Assembly: GCA_041690595.1 (NCBI GenBank)
Contig: JAWLHB010000032.1
Location: 1-64,000 of the forward strand
Source: Lentisphaeria bacterium
GTDB lineage: Bacteria > Verrucomicrobiota > Lentisphaeria > JABSQK01 > JAWLHB01
Length of the DNA stretch: 64,000 nt
Direction of reading: 5' to 3'
The notes under the pieces were generated by a model, which worked only from the letters and a program-made list of their open reading frames with translations, made no database searches and was not told where the DNA came from. The position numbers and the translations under genes were made by a program. Within the stretch, counting starts at the first letter, position 1. Every line of letters begins with the position of its first letter. Shown here piece by piece: positions 29,101-37,629 of this stretch.

Positions 29101-30106
29101 CATCGAACTCAAGGAGGGAAAACTCACCATCGACGATACGGGGCTGAAGCTGAACGGCTCGCCCATGGCAATTGGCGCCATGCTCAACACCCAACCGGAC
29201 GCGCCACCCTTCACTTTCGATTTCGCCGCCACGGACATGCCTCTCGATCCGTTCATCCAGACATTTGCCGGCAACCTGCCAGTGCGAATTACCGGCGGTC
29301 TCAAGGCAATGAATCTCGGACTGAATGGCGAGGGATTGACTCCCGCCGCGCTGCGCGACGCCCTGGCGGGCGATGCGGTTCTGGAACTGTCCAGCCTCCA
29401 AGTCGAACAGGCGGAAGGTCTCTTCGGCACTTTGCTGGACGCCCTCGTACTCAAGCAGTTCGACCTGACCATGCAGGATTTGAAGTTCAATGCCGGCGGC
29501 GGCAAGGCACAGGTCCAGAATGGCACCATCAGCACGCCAGGCATGTCCATCCTCGGCCAGGATATGCGCTTTACATGGGATGGAACAGTAAGCTTCCGCG
29601 AGGGATGGGTTCCCAACCTGACCATTGTGCCGGCATTCCAGGGAGCGCTCGCGCAGCGCCTGCTCGACAAGAAACTCACCCTCACCCAAGGCGAGGATGG
29701 CTACTGGGTCGCGCCGCCGCTCAAGATTCAGAGCGCATCCCTTTCAACGACCGAGATTGCAGCCATGGGCCTCAACTATGGCATCGCTCTTGGCCGCATT
29801 GACAAGAAGTATGGCGCCGCGGCACAAGGTCTCGGGGTGCTGGGCGACCTTCTCAAGAAACCAGACGCGACCGCCCAGCCTCAGAGCGAGGCACAGCGCC
29901 AGCAGAAGTCCCAGGATACCATCAAATCCGTTCTGGATCTGCTTGAAAAGAAGGAAGAGCCAAAGACCGAAGAGCCAACGACGGGAGAGCCAGCCGGCAC
30001 CACCGAAGATGCCGCGGCCCCACAGGAAACGCCCAAGGAGCCGGAAAAGAAGAAATCCGGAAGCGACGCCCTGCAGGATGCCCTTCGCGGCATCTTGCCG
30101 CGCTGA
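26165..30106 (+). CDS. Large AsmA-like protein
   Basis: Single N-terminal TM anchor, ~1250 aa of repeating beta-strand-rich sequence, low-complexity tail ending LRGILPR. Confidence 0.65.
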   Translation: MSRQGKKHSWWRWLIGVIVLLAVVVTVLFLYINRGVFIQRHVLPRVSAMLGTPVVADRIDFSVFNRLSMSGLRVGDEASPILIAELVRIRWQLRPTLGGNLTLDEVLAENVTVDTSSEELMHLLAQLPPSEPSEEPVRIDLRTLALKNIDITYRHGDAVATVTDLNVALDNLRNGQPFTLAVDGGLLVVQGEDRLSSPNMTLTAKGTMNEELLPVELMANGAMPLGGQVAGISLDDRSITLDANVVHNNSRLAIDETALRMLYRGETESELLLSGSLDTTTSEGSITTRLAMPNANLLNLIGALAGGISFGDTSVNYAGELAVAPQVEALSFTGDLEVRDFVVRTQDASFDGTFAPLTITGGHAISYSKADRSLSIERLQLDIAENERQLARLWLEKPLTMSLSGNGSVPEGERAMLSLRVERLELARFKALLPPELPVNLDAAVATSSYDIQLTAAGGIGITGTQSVEGIGLPQLDVPPLTITQQLTAEGMLNISNYTVTVRDYSLQVTGNEERYLSVALQEPLEGSFPFLGTASFSDATVRITNDGFPLRLPAENAEALAIDAGVLTFDLIARLTRKGNAADLNGSVTLTDLSMQMGGQAFPPLNLVQEIDASFVNLQTGDRLEGTIDLKTRTPNRSGQPVMLAALSLADIYMTHDSENAGATLRLETLDLHVLASLLPPGLLPVDLGNPKVAMLGKLAKSGQNAEISGSFSIKSLHPTLPQTPSAKLPALDIETELDARFALDTQVLQLDRLTAEVTEDGHRIVNLSLQEAATIDPAGAMPIIPIRVTVQGLDLARYQAMLPAELGVRKLGGTVEVKLTASAGSGEQIFLADMAVNLKDIVLEKPGLTLTQPASFAMNMRGEVGKDQMLQVRNGEISLQAGPELQLQSVMEAAIDTTGQARMSTLQLTVTNPVDLQRLLALVNTETDSPTEPATPPPPGPEETGIPKLPTDLWLITTLQAKELRYGALIATDSVVRIELKEGKLTIDDTGLKLNGSPMAIGAMLNTQPDAPPFTFDFAATDMPLDPFIQTFAGNLPVRITGGLKAMNLGLNGEGLTPAALRDALAGDAVLELSSLQVEQAEGLFGTLLDALVLKQFDLTMQDLKFNAGGGKAQVQNGTISTPGMSILGQDMRFTWDGTVSFREGWVPNLTIVPAFQGALAQRLLDKKLTLTQGEDGYWVAPPLKIQSASLSTTEIAAMGLNYGIALGRIDKKYGAAAQGLGVLGDLLKKPDATAQPQSEAQRQQKSQDTIKSVLDLLEKKEEPKTEEPTTGEPAGTTEDAAAPQETPKEPEKKKSGSDALQDALRGILPR

Positions 30107-30117
30107 TAACCCGCGCC

Positions 30118-30858
30118 TCAGCCGGCGCTGCTGACGAGTGTGGCGTGGCTCAGGTCGCCCCGCAGGATCTCCCCCAACGCATGCTCTTCATTGAAATTGA
30201 AGACGATGATCGGGATCTCGTTGTCCTGGCAAAGCGAAAAGGCAGTGGAATCCATGACCTTGAGCTGCTGCGCCAGCGCATCGCGATAACTGATGGAGAC
30301 ATAGCGCTTGGCGTCGGGATTGGTCTCGGGATCGGCGGAGTAGACGCCATCGACCTTGGTGGCCTTGAGAATGGCTTCCGCCCCGATCTCGTTGGCCCGC
30401 AACGCGGCCGTCGTGTCGGTGGTGAAGAAAGGATTACCGGTACCCGCGGCGAAGATAACGATGCGCCCCTGGCGCAGGTGGGTAACGGCATGACGGGCGA
30501 CAAAGGTCTCGGCTACCTGAGGCATGGGAATAGCGGACTGCACCACGGTCTCCGCGCCGGCCTGTTCCAGAGCGTTCTGCAGCGCCAGCGAGTTCATCAC
30601 GGTGGCGAGCATGCCCATGTGGTCGGCGGTCACCCGCCCCATGCCGTTCCTGCTGGCGCCAAGACCGCGAAAAATGTTGCCGGCGCCAATGACCAGAGCC
30701 AGTTCGATGCCGGTGTCGCGAATGGCAACCAGGCGACGGGCAAGAGCGGCGGTGGTGCCAGGATCTATACCGTAGGGTTGCGTACCTTTAAGCGCTTCGC
30801 CACTGAGCTTCAGCAGCACCCGTTGGTAAACCAGATCCGTCTCCATGATAGTGCCCAT
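30118..30858 (-). CDS. pyrH: UMP kinase
   Basis: RVLLKLSGEAL, GAGNIFRG, ADHMGMLATVMN, GTGNPFFTTD, LKVMDSTA. Confidence 0.97.
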   Translation of the reverse strand: MGTIMETDLVYQRVLLKLSGEALKGTQPYGIDPGTTAALARRLVAIRDTGIELALVIGAGNIFRGLGASRNGMGRVTADHMGMLATVMNSLALQNALEQAGAETVVQSAIPMPQVAETFVARHAVTHLRQGRIVIFAAGTGNPFFTTDTTAALRANEIGAEAILKATKVDGVYSADPETNPDAKRYVSISYRDALAQQLKVMDSTAFSLCQDNEIPIIVFNFNEEHALGEILRGDLSHATLVSSAG

Positions 30859-30919
30859 GTCCTCTTCCGTTCGTGTGCGGCCAGTTGTCGTATTACGGTA
30901 GTCTCAATCTCATCGGGGC

Positions 30920-30953
30920 AAAAAAAAGGGCCACCCGGATTTCCGGGTGGCCC
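30920..30953 (-). terminator. Rho-independent terminator after tsf
   Basis: GGGCCACCCGGA/TCCGGGTGGCCC hairpin followed by T8 on the minus strand. Confidence 0.85.
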
Positions 30954-30959
30954 GAAGAG

Positions 30960-31766
30960 TCAGAGCTCTTCGCCCACTTGCCAGCGGACGAATCGCACGA
31001 TCTGCGCCTTGGGATTGACCTTCTCGACGCTGAGCTTGTCGTCGCGAACCCACGGCTGCTTGATCAGGCAGACATCGCTGTAGAACTTGCTGATCTTGCC
31101 GACGAGGATCTTGTCAAGGATTTTGGCCGGCTTGCCGACCAGATCGGGCTGTGCAGCCGCGATTTCCTTTTCCTTGTCGATCACGCTCTGGGGTACATCT
31201 TCCGGCCTGACATACTGGGGGCTGAAGGCAGCGATATGCATGCACAGGTTGTTGAGATACTCCTCGTCTGCTTCGCCCTTGACATCCACGAGAACACCGA
31301 TCTTGCCGGCCCCATGAATGTAGACGGCGGCCTTGCCTTCGGGTATCCAGCGCAGGGCGCGACGCACCTGAATGTTTTCGCCGATGTTGGTGATAAGGTC
31401 GGCAAGATTGCCTTCCTCACCGGCCACTACCTGCTGCGATACATCTCCCGTCGCATTCATCACGGCGACGCGCTTGACCAAGCCGTCCACGTAACTCGTA
31501 AACTTCTCATTGCGGGAGGCAAAGTCGGTTTCGCAGACGACTTCCACCAAGGCGGCGACGCCGTCCCCAATCTGATAGGCGATGCGCCCTTCGTTGGTGG
31601 CCCGTCCAGCCTTCTTCTCGGCCTTGGCCTGGCCGGCCTTGCGAAGGTTCTCCACAGCCTTGGCAATATCGCCATCGGCCTGTACCAGCGCCTTCTTGCA
31701 ATCCATCATGCCCGCGCCGGTCTTCTCGCGCAGGTCCTTTACCATTGTAGCAGTTATCTCAGCCAT
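30960..31766 (-). CDS. tsf: Elongation factor Ts
   Basis: VKDLREKTGAGMMDCKKAL, EVVCETDF, MHIAA, IVRFVRWQVGE; start ATG 31766. Confidence 0.97.
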   Translation of the reverse strand: MAEITATMVKDLREKTGAGMMDCKKALVQADGDIAKAVENLRKAGQAKAEKKAGRATNEGRIAYQIGDGVAALVEVVCETDFASRNEKFTSYVDGLVKRVAVMNATGDVSQQVVAGEEGNLADLITNIGENIQVRRALRWIPEGKAAVYIHGAGKIGVLVDVKGEADEEYLNNLCMHIAAFSPQYVRPEDVPQSVIDKEKEIAAAQPDLVGKPAKILDKILVGKISKFYSDVCLIKQPWVRDDKLSVEKVNPKAQIVRFVRWQVGEEL

Positions 31767-31939
31767 TGGAGTCATTCCTGTGTCAGTCAGTTGGCAGTTT
31801 CCAAGCGGTGGCGTAGGGGTGGTCATGGCCATTGGGCGCCGGCTTGGTCAAGTCTCAGGCCGTTCGCATGGATCGACCTGAGACCTGGTGCACCGTCAGG
31901 CCGCTGTGGCGGACCTGCCACACGAGCAGCAGAGGCTGC

Positions 31940-33019
31940 TTACTCTTTCGCTTCAGATTCTTCAGCCGGGGCAGCTTCAGCCTTCTCAGCCTTGGCTTCC
32001 GCCTTCTCAGCCTTGGCTTCAGCCTTCTCAGCCTTGGGCGCTTCAGCCTTCTCAGCCTTGGGCGCTTCAGCCTTCTCAGCCTTGGGCGCTTCAGCCTTCT
32101 CAGCCTTGGGCGCCGGTTCGGGCTTTGCTGCACTCTTGTCGTCGGTGCGCGGCTTGTCTGCCTTCGTTTCCTTCTTGGCAGGAGCAGCCTTCTTCTTCGC
32201 TTCGCGATCTTCCTGGGCGGCCTTGCTGCGAGCTTCGGCCTGAGCCTTGTTCTCCGCCTCGGCACGGGCCCGGGCTTCAGCCTTCGCCTTTGCTTCTTCG
32301 TCGCGCTTGCGCTGCTCTTCCGCCTGCTTCTTCTGGAAGATCTCGTAAGCCGACTCGATGGAAGAGCTCAGGATCTGCATGATGATGCGAACGCTGCGCA
32401 GTGCATCGTCATTGCCGGGAATGACATAGTCGATGGGAGCGGGATCGCAATTGGTGTCGACGAGGGCGACCACCGGGATGTTGAGGCGCTTCGCTTCGCG
32501 CACGGCGATGTCTTCACGCTCGATGTCGATGACCACCATGGCGTCCGGCATGTCGCGCATGTCGGTAATACCGGAGAGGTTACGCTCGAGCTTGGCAAGC
32601 TCGCGGCGCATGGCGGAAGCTTCCTTCTTGGGCATGGCATCCAGCTCACCATTCTGCTGCTTCTGCTGGATGGTCTTCATCCGCGCAATGCTCTTGCGAA
32701 TGGTCTGGATGTTGGTCAGCGTACCACCGAGCCAGCGCTCCGAGATGTAGTACATGCCGGTCTTTTCCGCGGTCTCACGAATCAGATCCTGGGCCTGACG
32801 CTTGGTGCCCACGAAGAGGATCTTGCCGCCTTCGGCAACCACGTCGTGCAGGTAGCGGCAGGCTGTATCGAGCTGACGCATCGTGCTGGTCAGATCAAAA
32901 ATGTAGATGCCATTGCGCTTGCCGTGGATGAATGGCTTCATCTTCGGGTTCCAACGGCTCGTCGGATGTCCAAAATGAACACCGCAGTCCAGCAAGTCAC
33001 GGATGGTGATTTTACCCAA
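31940..33019 (-). CDS. rpsB: 30S ribosomal protein S2 with a long A/E/K-rich C-terminal extension
   Basis: GVHFGH..RWNPKM, LFVGTK.QA, RWLGGTLTN, DTNCDP, PGNDDA; TTG start. Confidence 0.97.
   Translation of the reverse strand: MGKITIRDLLDCGVHFGHPTSRWNPKMKPFIHGKRNGIYIFDLTSTMRQLDTACRYLHDVVAEGGKILFVGTKRQAQDLIRETAEKTGMYYISERWLGGTLTNIQTIRKSIARMKTIQQKQQNGELDAMPKKEASAMRRELAKLERNLSGITDMRDMPDAMVVIDIEREDIAVREAKRLNIPVVALVDTNCDPAPIDYVIPGNDDALRSVRIIMQILSSSIESAYEIFQKKQAEEQRKRDEEAKAKAEARARAEAENKAQAEARSKAAQEDREAKKKAAPAKKETKADKPRTDDKSAAKPEPAPKAEKAEAPKAEKAEAPKAEKAEAPKAEKAEAKAEKAEAKAEKAEAAPAEESEAKE
31974..32111. repeat. In-frame tandem repeat in rpsB: four 24-bp and two 21-bp units encoding (P)KAEKAEA
   Basis: gcttcagccttctcagccttgggc x4 plus two 21-bp variants. 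Confidence 0.9.
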
Positions 33020-33180
33020 GTTCTGCCTCCAGATCGTTTTATGGAGAGGATGGTTTACAGCGTGGTCGGCAGCAAGTGCCTGATGCAGGGGGTTGCCTGT
33101 CAGGCGGCGTACCGTTCCGCTGTTCCAGTCGCGTCAATGCCGACTGAAAGATGGTTTGGTGCACAAAGAACGAAACGCTT

Positions 33181-33208
33181 ACTATAAAGCACCTGTGAGC
33201 GTTGACAA
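33181..33208 (-). promoter_or_regulatory. Putative sigma70 promoter of rpsB-tsf
   Basis: TTGTCA-16 bp-TATAGT on the minus strand, ~160 nt upstream of rpsB. Confidence 0.45.
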
Positions 33209-33242
33209 CACGAACGGTCACATTTTTCGCCAAGCGGCGGCG

Positions 33243-33797
33243 TCACCCATCTTCGCGAGGGGCCAGACGCAGATCGACGTCAGCGTGGCCGCCGCCGATG
33301 ATGCGACCATCGTGGGAAAGAACCTCGAGGGAGGCGAAGCGCCTGTTGGAGACTACACGCTGATCGCCGCAACGCATGGCCCACTGGTGCGAGAGCGCTT
33401 CCAGGATCTGACGCTGCAAATCGTCCGCGAGAGAGCGGAAGTCTTCGGTCATGGTGACATGGAGGATCACGTCGTTGCCGTTGCGGCTCGCCCGCATGTG
33501 GCTGACGATCCGCCCCTGCCGACTCTGCTGCAGTTCGAGCCAGGCTGCCAGAGCCTTGAGCGCGGGCATCAGCTCATCCGGTGTCTTCGCCGGCACGAAA
33601 GAAGCCGGCTCGGCCTCATGATCCTCCGCCAACGACGCAAGCGCCTCCGGAGAAGCCACAGCGCCCGTCGGGGCGATCGGCACGAGCGTGTCCAACCACC
33701 CTCGCAGCGGTCCATGAAAATGCGAGGCGTAGACGAGAGCGGCCAACAAACAGACCGCCCATGAGATTATCGCCACCGGATCCTTGACGACATTCAC
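33243..33797 (-). CDS. Hypothetical membrane-anchored protein
   Basis: N-terminal TM (VAIISWAVCLLAALVYA); fills the gap between the basic ORF and rpsB; start uncertain (ORF to 33887). Confidence 0.55.
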   Translation of the reverse strand: MNVVKDPVAIISWAVCLLAALVYASHFHGPLRGWLDTLVPIAPTGAVASPEALASLAEDHEAEPASFVPAKTPDELMPALKALAAWLELQQSRQGRIVSHMRASRNGNDVILHVTMTEDFRSLADDLQRQILEALSHQWAMRCGDQRVVSNRRFASLEVLSHDGRIIGGGHADVDLRLAPREDG

Positions 33798-33895
33798 TGG
33801 ACATGCACCTTCATCGCGCGCTTGCGGAACTGACGCAGTACACAAGGGCCGGACGCGGTCGCTGATGCCACCGCTTACCGGCCCCACACGACTGC

Positions 33896-33991
33896 TCAGC
33901 GATTCTTCTTCTTGTGACGCATCGCCTTCAGGCGCTTGCGGCGCTTGTGCTTGGATATCTTCTTGATCCGCTTCTTCTTCAGGTTACCCAT
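33896..33991 (-). CDS. 31-aa basic protein, AURKAIP1/COX24 (mS38/bS22-like) family
   Basis: Manual translation MGNLKKKRIKKISKHKRRKRLKAMRHKKKNR*; GAGGA RBS; below the ORF-track length cutoff. Confidence 0.85.
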   Translation of the reverse strand: MGNLKKKRIKKISKHKRRKRLKAMRHKKKNR

Positions 33992-34193
33992 AAATTCACA
34001 ATCCTCTGCGGTTAAAGACTGGCCCTGAGCGCTGAACACTCACATGGGGTCAAAGCTGGCTACTTTACTGGGTCATCCGGGCCTTTACAAGCGACGCTGA
34101 AGCCCTTTTGAGAAATTGGGCCAAAAGACGGAGCGTCAACGCCAAAGGCGATGTACATTAGGATTTTTCGCGATGCAAGGATGGAGAGCGGAC

Positions 34194-35051
34194 ATGCACG
34201 AAGCATTGGGACTGGTGGCGGGTCGCGGGCGATACCCCCTGCTCTTCTGCGAAGCAGCCAGAGCACAGGGGTGCTCCCGCCTGGTAGTGGCTGCCATGCA
34301 GGGAGAAGCCGATCCCGTCATCGAGCGCCTGGCCGACCGGGTGGAATGGCTACACGTTGGGCAGATCGGCAAGACCATTCGCTACTTCCAACGCAACGGA
34401 ATCCAGTCGTGCGTCTTTGCCGGGCAGATCAAACCTGGCCGCCTTTTTGGCGACATCAAACCGGATCTGCGAGCGATGAAGCTGCTGGCCTCCCTGACGC
34501 TGCGCAATGCCGAGTCGATCTTTGGCGGGGTCGCGGGAGAGTTCGAAAAGAGCGGGGTGCACGTGCTGCCCGCTACCACCTGCCTGGAGAGCTATCTCGC
34601 AACGCCAGGCCAGATGGGCGGCATCAAACTGAAGCGCTGCCATCGGCGGGATGTGGAGTTGGGTTGGCGCATCGCCAGAGAGATCAGCCGTCTCGACATC
34701 GGCCAGACAGTCGTCGTGAAGAAAGGGACGGTCCTGGCTGTCGAAGGTTTTGAAGGAACCGATAAGGCGATCCTGCGCGGCGGCGAACTTGGCCGCGGAG
34801 AGATCGTCGTCGTCAAAGTCGCAAAACCCAACCATGACATGCGCTTCGACGTGCCATGCATCGGCATGAAGAGCATCGATTCGCTGCGTGCGGCAGGTGC
34901 GGCGGTTCTTTGCGTACACGCCCGAAAGACATTATTCATCGATAAAGACGACGTGCTCGCGGCGATGGACGAAGCCGGCATAGCGGTGATCGGCCTCGAC
35001 GAAACGAGCACGCAATCGGAATGCCCAGGAGAGCACACCACAGATGGTTAA
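34194..35051 (+). CDS. lpxI: UDP-2,3-diacylglucosamine diphosphatase LpxI
   Basis: GLVAGRGRYP, LDIGQTVVV, AVEGFEGTD, KVAKPNHDMRFDVPCIG. Confidence 0.9.
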   Translation: MHEALGLVAGRGRYPLLFCEAARAQGCSRLVVAAMQGEADPVIERLADRVEWLHVGQIGKTIRYFQRNGIQSCVFAGQIKPGRLFGDIKPDLRAMKLLASLTLRNAESIFGGVAGEFEKSGVHVLPATTCLESYLATPGQMGGIKLKRCHRRDVELGWRIAREISRLDIGQTVVVKKGTVLAVEGFEGTDKAILRGGELGRGEIVVVKVAKPNHDMRFDVPCIGMKSIDSLRAAGAAVLCVHARKTLFIDKDDVLAAMDEAGIAVIGLDETSTQSECPGEHTTDG

Positions 35052-35940
35052 AATACGAGAGAAAGCCCGGCAGCGGCTGCCGGAATGGATTCGCGTCAAA
35101 GTGAATACCGGAGCCAGGCGCCAACAGGTTGACGGCCTGGTGGAGAACCTCAACCTGCACACGGTCTGCCAGAGCGCCAAGTGCCCCAATCAGGCAGAGT
35201 GCTGGCACCGCGGCACCGCCACCTTCATGATCCTCGGCAACAGCTGTACGCGCCAGTGCGCCTTCTGCGCCATCGATTCCTTCAACCCGGAACCTGTCGA
35301 TCCCTTCGAACCCACCCGGGTCGCGGAGGCCGCCAAGCAACTCAATCTTGGCTTTGTGGTGCTGACCAGCGTGGACCGCGACGATCTTCCGGATAAGGGG
35401 GCGGGCCACTGGGTCAAGACAATCGAGGCCATCCGGCGGCGGCTGCCCGCGGCCGGCATCGAAGGGCTGACCCCGGACTTCAAGGGGAAACGCGAGCTGG
35501 TGGCGGAGGTGATCGCGGCTCGCCCGCGCGTCTTCAACCACAACATCGAGACCTGCGAGCGGCTGACGCCGCCGATCCGAAGCGGTGCGAAATACCGTCG
35601 CTCTCTTGAGGTACTGAGCATGGCGAGGGAGCTGGCGCAGGGCGACGTCGCCATCAAGTCGGGGATCATGGTCGGCCTCGGCGAAACGGACGACGAAGTC
35701 GTGGCGACGATGCGGGATATGGCCGCTGCCGGTGTACAGATCCTGACGATCGGGCAATATCTTCCACCAACGCGCAAGCATTGGCCGCTGGCCCGCTACG
35801 TGGAGCCTGAGCGCTTTGCGGAGTGGGCGACGTTGGCCAAAGAGATGGGTTTCGGGGCGGTGGCGAGCAGCCCTCTGGTTCGCAGCTCCTATCGCGCGGA
35901 GGAGCTGGCCAACGAGATACTCGGCGCCCCGACCGCCTGA
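35044..35940 (+). CDS. lipA: Lipoyl synthase
   Basis: LHTVCQSAKCPNQAECW, CTRQCAFC, TSVDRDDL, GQYLPP, LVRSSYRA. Confidence 0.97.
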   Translation: MVKIREKARQRLPEWIRVKVNTGARRQQVDGLVENLNLHTVCQSAKCPNQAECWHRGTATFMILGNSCTRQCAFCAIDSFNPEPVDPFEPTRVAEAAKQLNLGFVVLTSVDRDDLPDKGAGHWVKTIEAIRRRLPAAGIEGLTPDFKGKRELVAEVIAARPRVFNHNIETCERLTPPIRSGAKYRRSLEVLSMARELAQGDVAIKSGIMVGLGETDDEVVATMRDMAAAGVQILTIGQYLPPTRKHWPLARYVEPERFAEWATLAKEMGFGAVASSPLVRSSYRAEELANEILGAPTA

Positions 35941-35944
35941 GCGC

Positions 35945-37555
35945 CTACTTCCCGGATGGGGGCTCATCCTGCTGGCGGCGGAAGCTTTCGGCCACCCAAC
36001 GGGAGAGCTCCCCCCCTGGATTCTTCACCACCTTGCTGTCGATGGTGAAGCTCTTCCGCTGGGTATCGCGGGCGATGAGCGAAAGACCGTATTCGAAATC
36101 GCGAAACTTCTCTTCGCAGATGGCACGAATGGTCTTGTCCGTCTCCAGGCTCAGGTCGACCAGCGCCTTGACCGCATCGGGCGTGAAGTCAAGGATCAAG
36201 CCATGCTGCTTCTCGAACCGTTCGGCGAACTGCCGGACTTCCGCCGCGAGGACATCGAGCTGAGCCGAAGCATTGAGGTTGAGCTGCCGACTCAGAGCGG
36301 AAACCGGATCGTCGACCGTGGCCGCGTCGATCTCCAGCTTGTCGATGGAGGTCGAAGGGAGCTCAAACTTGAAGTTGCGCAGGACGCGTTCGAGTACCGT
36401 CATCAGCCCCCGGGCTCCCGTCCCCTCGCCATTGGCCCGCTCGGCGACCGCATGAATGGCTTCATCAGCCAGGTGCAGCTTGATGCCGTAGCCTTGGAAG
36501 TCACGCTCGTATTGGCCCAGAATACTCCCTTCGGACTGCCGAAGAATGCTCTCCAGATCGGGCGTCTTCAGCGATTCGCAGATGACCCGCACGGGAAGCC
36601 GGCCAATGAATTCGGGCTCATAACCATAGTCGATGAAGTCGCGGGTGCTGACCTGCTGCAGGAAGTCGGCATCGTCGAGTTCTTCGATGGGGACGCGTCC
36701 AAAGCCGATGGGGCTTCCTTCGACGCGTTTCTTGATGCGCTCGGCCAGCTTGTCAAAGGCGCCACTGACGATGAAGAGCATGTGGCGCGTGTTGAGGGTG
36801 CGCTTGCGCGCTTTGTCGCCGCCGCCGTGCATCATCTCCATCATGCTCTCCATCTGGCCGATCAGGTCGGTCTGGCTGTGAAGGCTGACTTCGGTCTCTT
36901 CCATAAGCTTGAGCAGGTTGATCTGCACGCCTCTTCCGGAAACGTCACGTCCGCCTCCATTGCCGCGGGAGGCGATCTTGTCGATCTCATCGATGTAGAT
37001 GATGCCGTACTGCGCCAGTTCCAGATTGCCGTTGGCCAGCTTGTTGAGGTCGCGCACCAGATCCTCCACATCGTGGCCGACATAACCGGTCTCGGAGAAC
37101 TTGGTGGCGTCAGCCTTGACAAAGGGTACGCCGATGAGCTTGGCAATGCAGCGCATCAGGTAGGTCTTGCCGACCCCGGTGGGCCCGAGCAGGATGATGT
37201 TCTGCTTGGTATACTCGCGTTCCGCCTGCTCGGGATCTTCAATGCAGGCGCGGACATGATTGTAGTGATCGCAGATCGCCACGGAGAGAACCTTCTTGGC
37301 TTCGTCCTGCTTGATGACGAAGCGGTCAAGATAGTCGCGGACCTCGCGCGGCTTGAGGTTGAACTCGCGGATTCTCGCGAGCGCTTCATCGCTGTCGTCA
37401 GGCCCCTCTTCCGGAGCGTCATCGGAGGCCGTGCCGCCAGGAGCGGCAGTAGCGCGGAAGTTGCGATAGATGGAGCTGGGGCTGAAGCCGCGGAGAAAAT
37501 CCTGGAACTGCTCCTGTATGGGGTCTTGCGGCTCTTTCGGCTCTTTCTCTGACAT
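35945..37555 (-). CDS. ClpX-like AAA+ ATPase lacking the N-terminal zinc-binding domain, with a duplicated C-terminal small domain
   Basis: GPTGVGKT, DATKFSETGYVG, IYIDEIDK, RDVSGRGVQ..LLK, PIGFG, PEFIGRLP, TGARGL. Confidence 0.85.
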   Translation of the reverse strand: MSEKEPKEPQDPIQEQFQDFLRGFSPSSIYRNFRATAAPGGTASDDAPEEGPDDSDEALARIREFNLKPREVRDYLDRFVIKQDEAKKVLSVAICDHYNHVRACIEDPEQAEREYTKQNIILLGPTGVGKTYLMRCIAKLIGVPFVKADATKFSETGYVGHDVEDLVRDLNKLANGNLELAQYGIIYIDEIDKIASRGNGGGRDVSGRGVQINLLKLMEETEVSLHSQTDLIGQMESMMEMMHGGGDKARKRTLNTRHMLFIVSGAFDKLAERIKKRVEGSPIGFGRVPIEELDDADFLQQVSTRDFIDYGYEPEFIGRLPVRVICESLKTPDLESILRQSEGSILGQYERDFQGYGIKLHLADEAIHAVAERANGEGTGARGLMTVLERVLRNFKFELPSTSIDKLEIDAATVDDPVSALSRQLNLNASAQLDVLAAEVRQFAERFEKQHGLILDFTPDAVKALVDLSLETDKTIRAICEEKFRDFEYGLSLIARDTQRKSFTIDSKVVKNPGGELSRWVAESFRRQQDEPPSGK

Positions 37556-37629
37556 GATCTACCTTGTCTGTTGTTGAATGGGAACGGCAGGAGCCGGCGG
37601 CGCTGGCTGTGCGGGAAGCGACATCGTGC

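Noticed and set aside
33992..34193. oriC in the divergent spacer near the apparent skew switch
   Set aside because: No TTATCCACA-like box cluster or AT-rich unwinding element was seen, and no dnaA, dnaN or gidA nearby.
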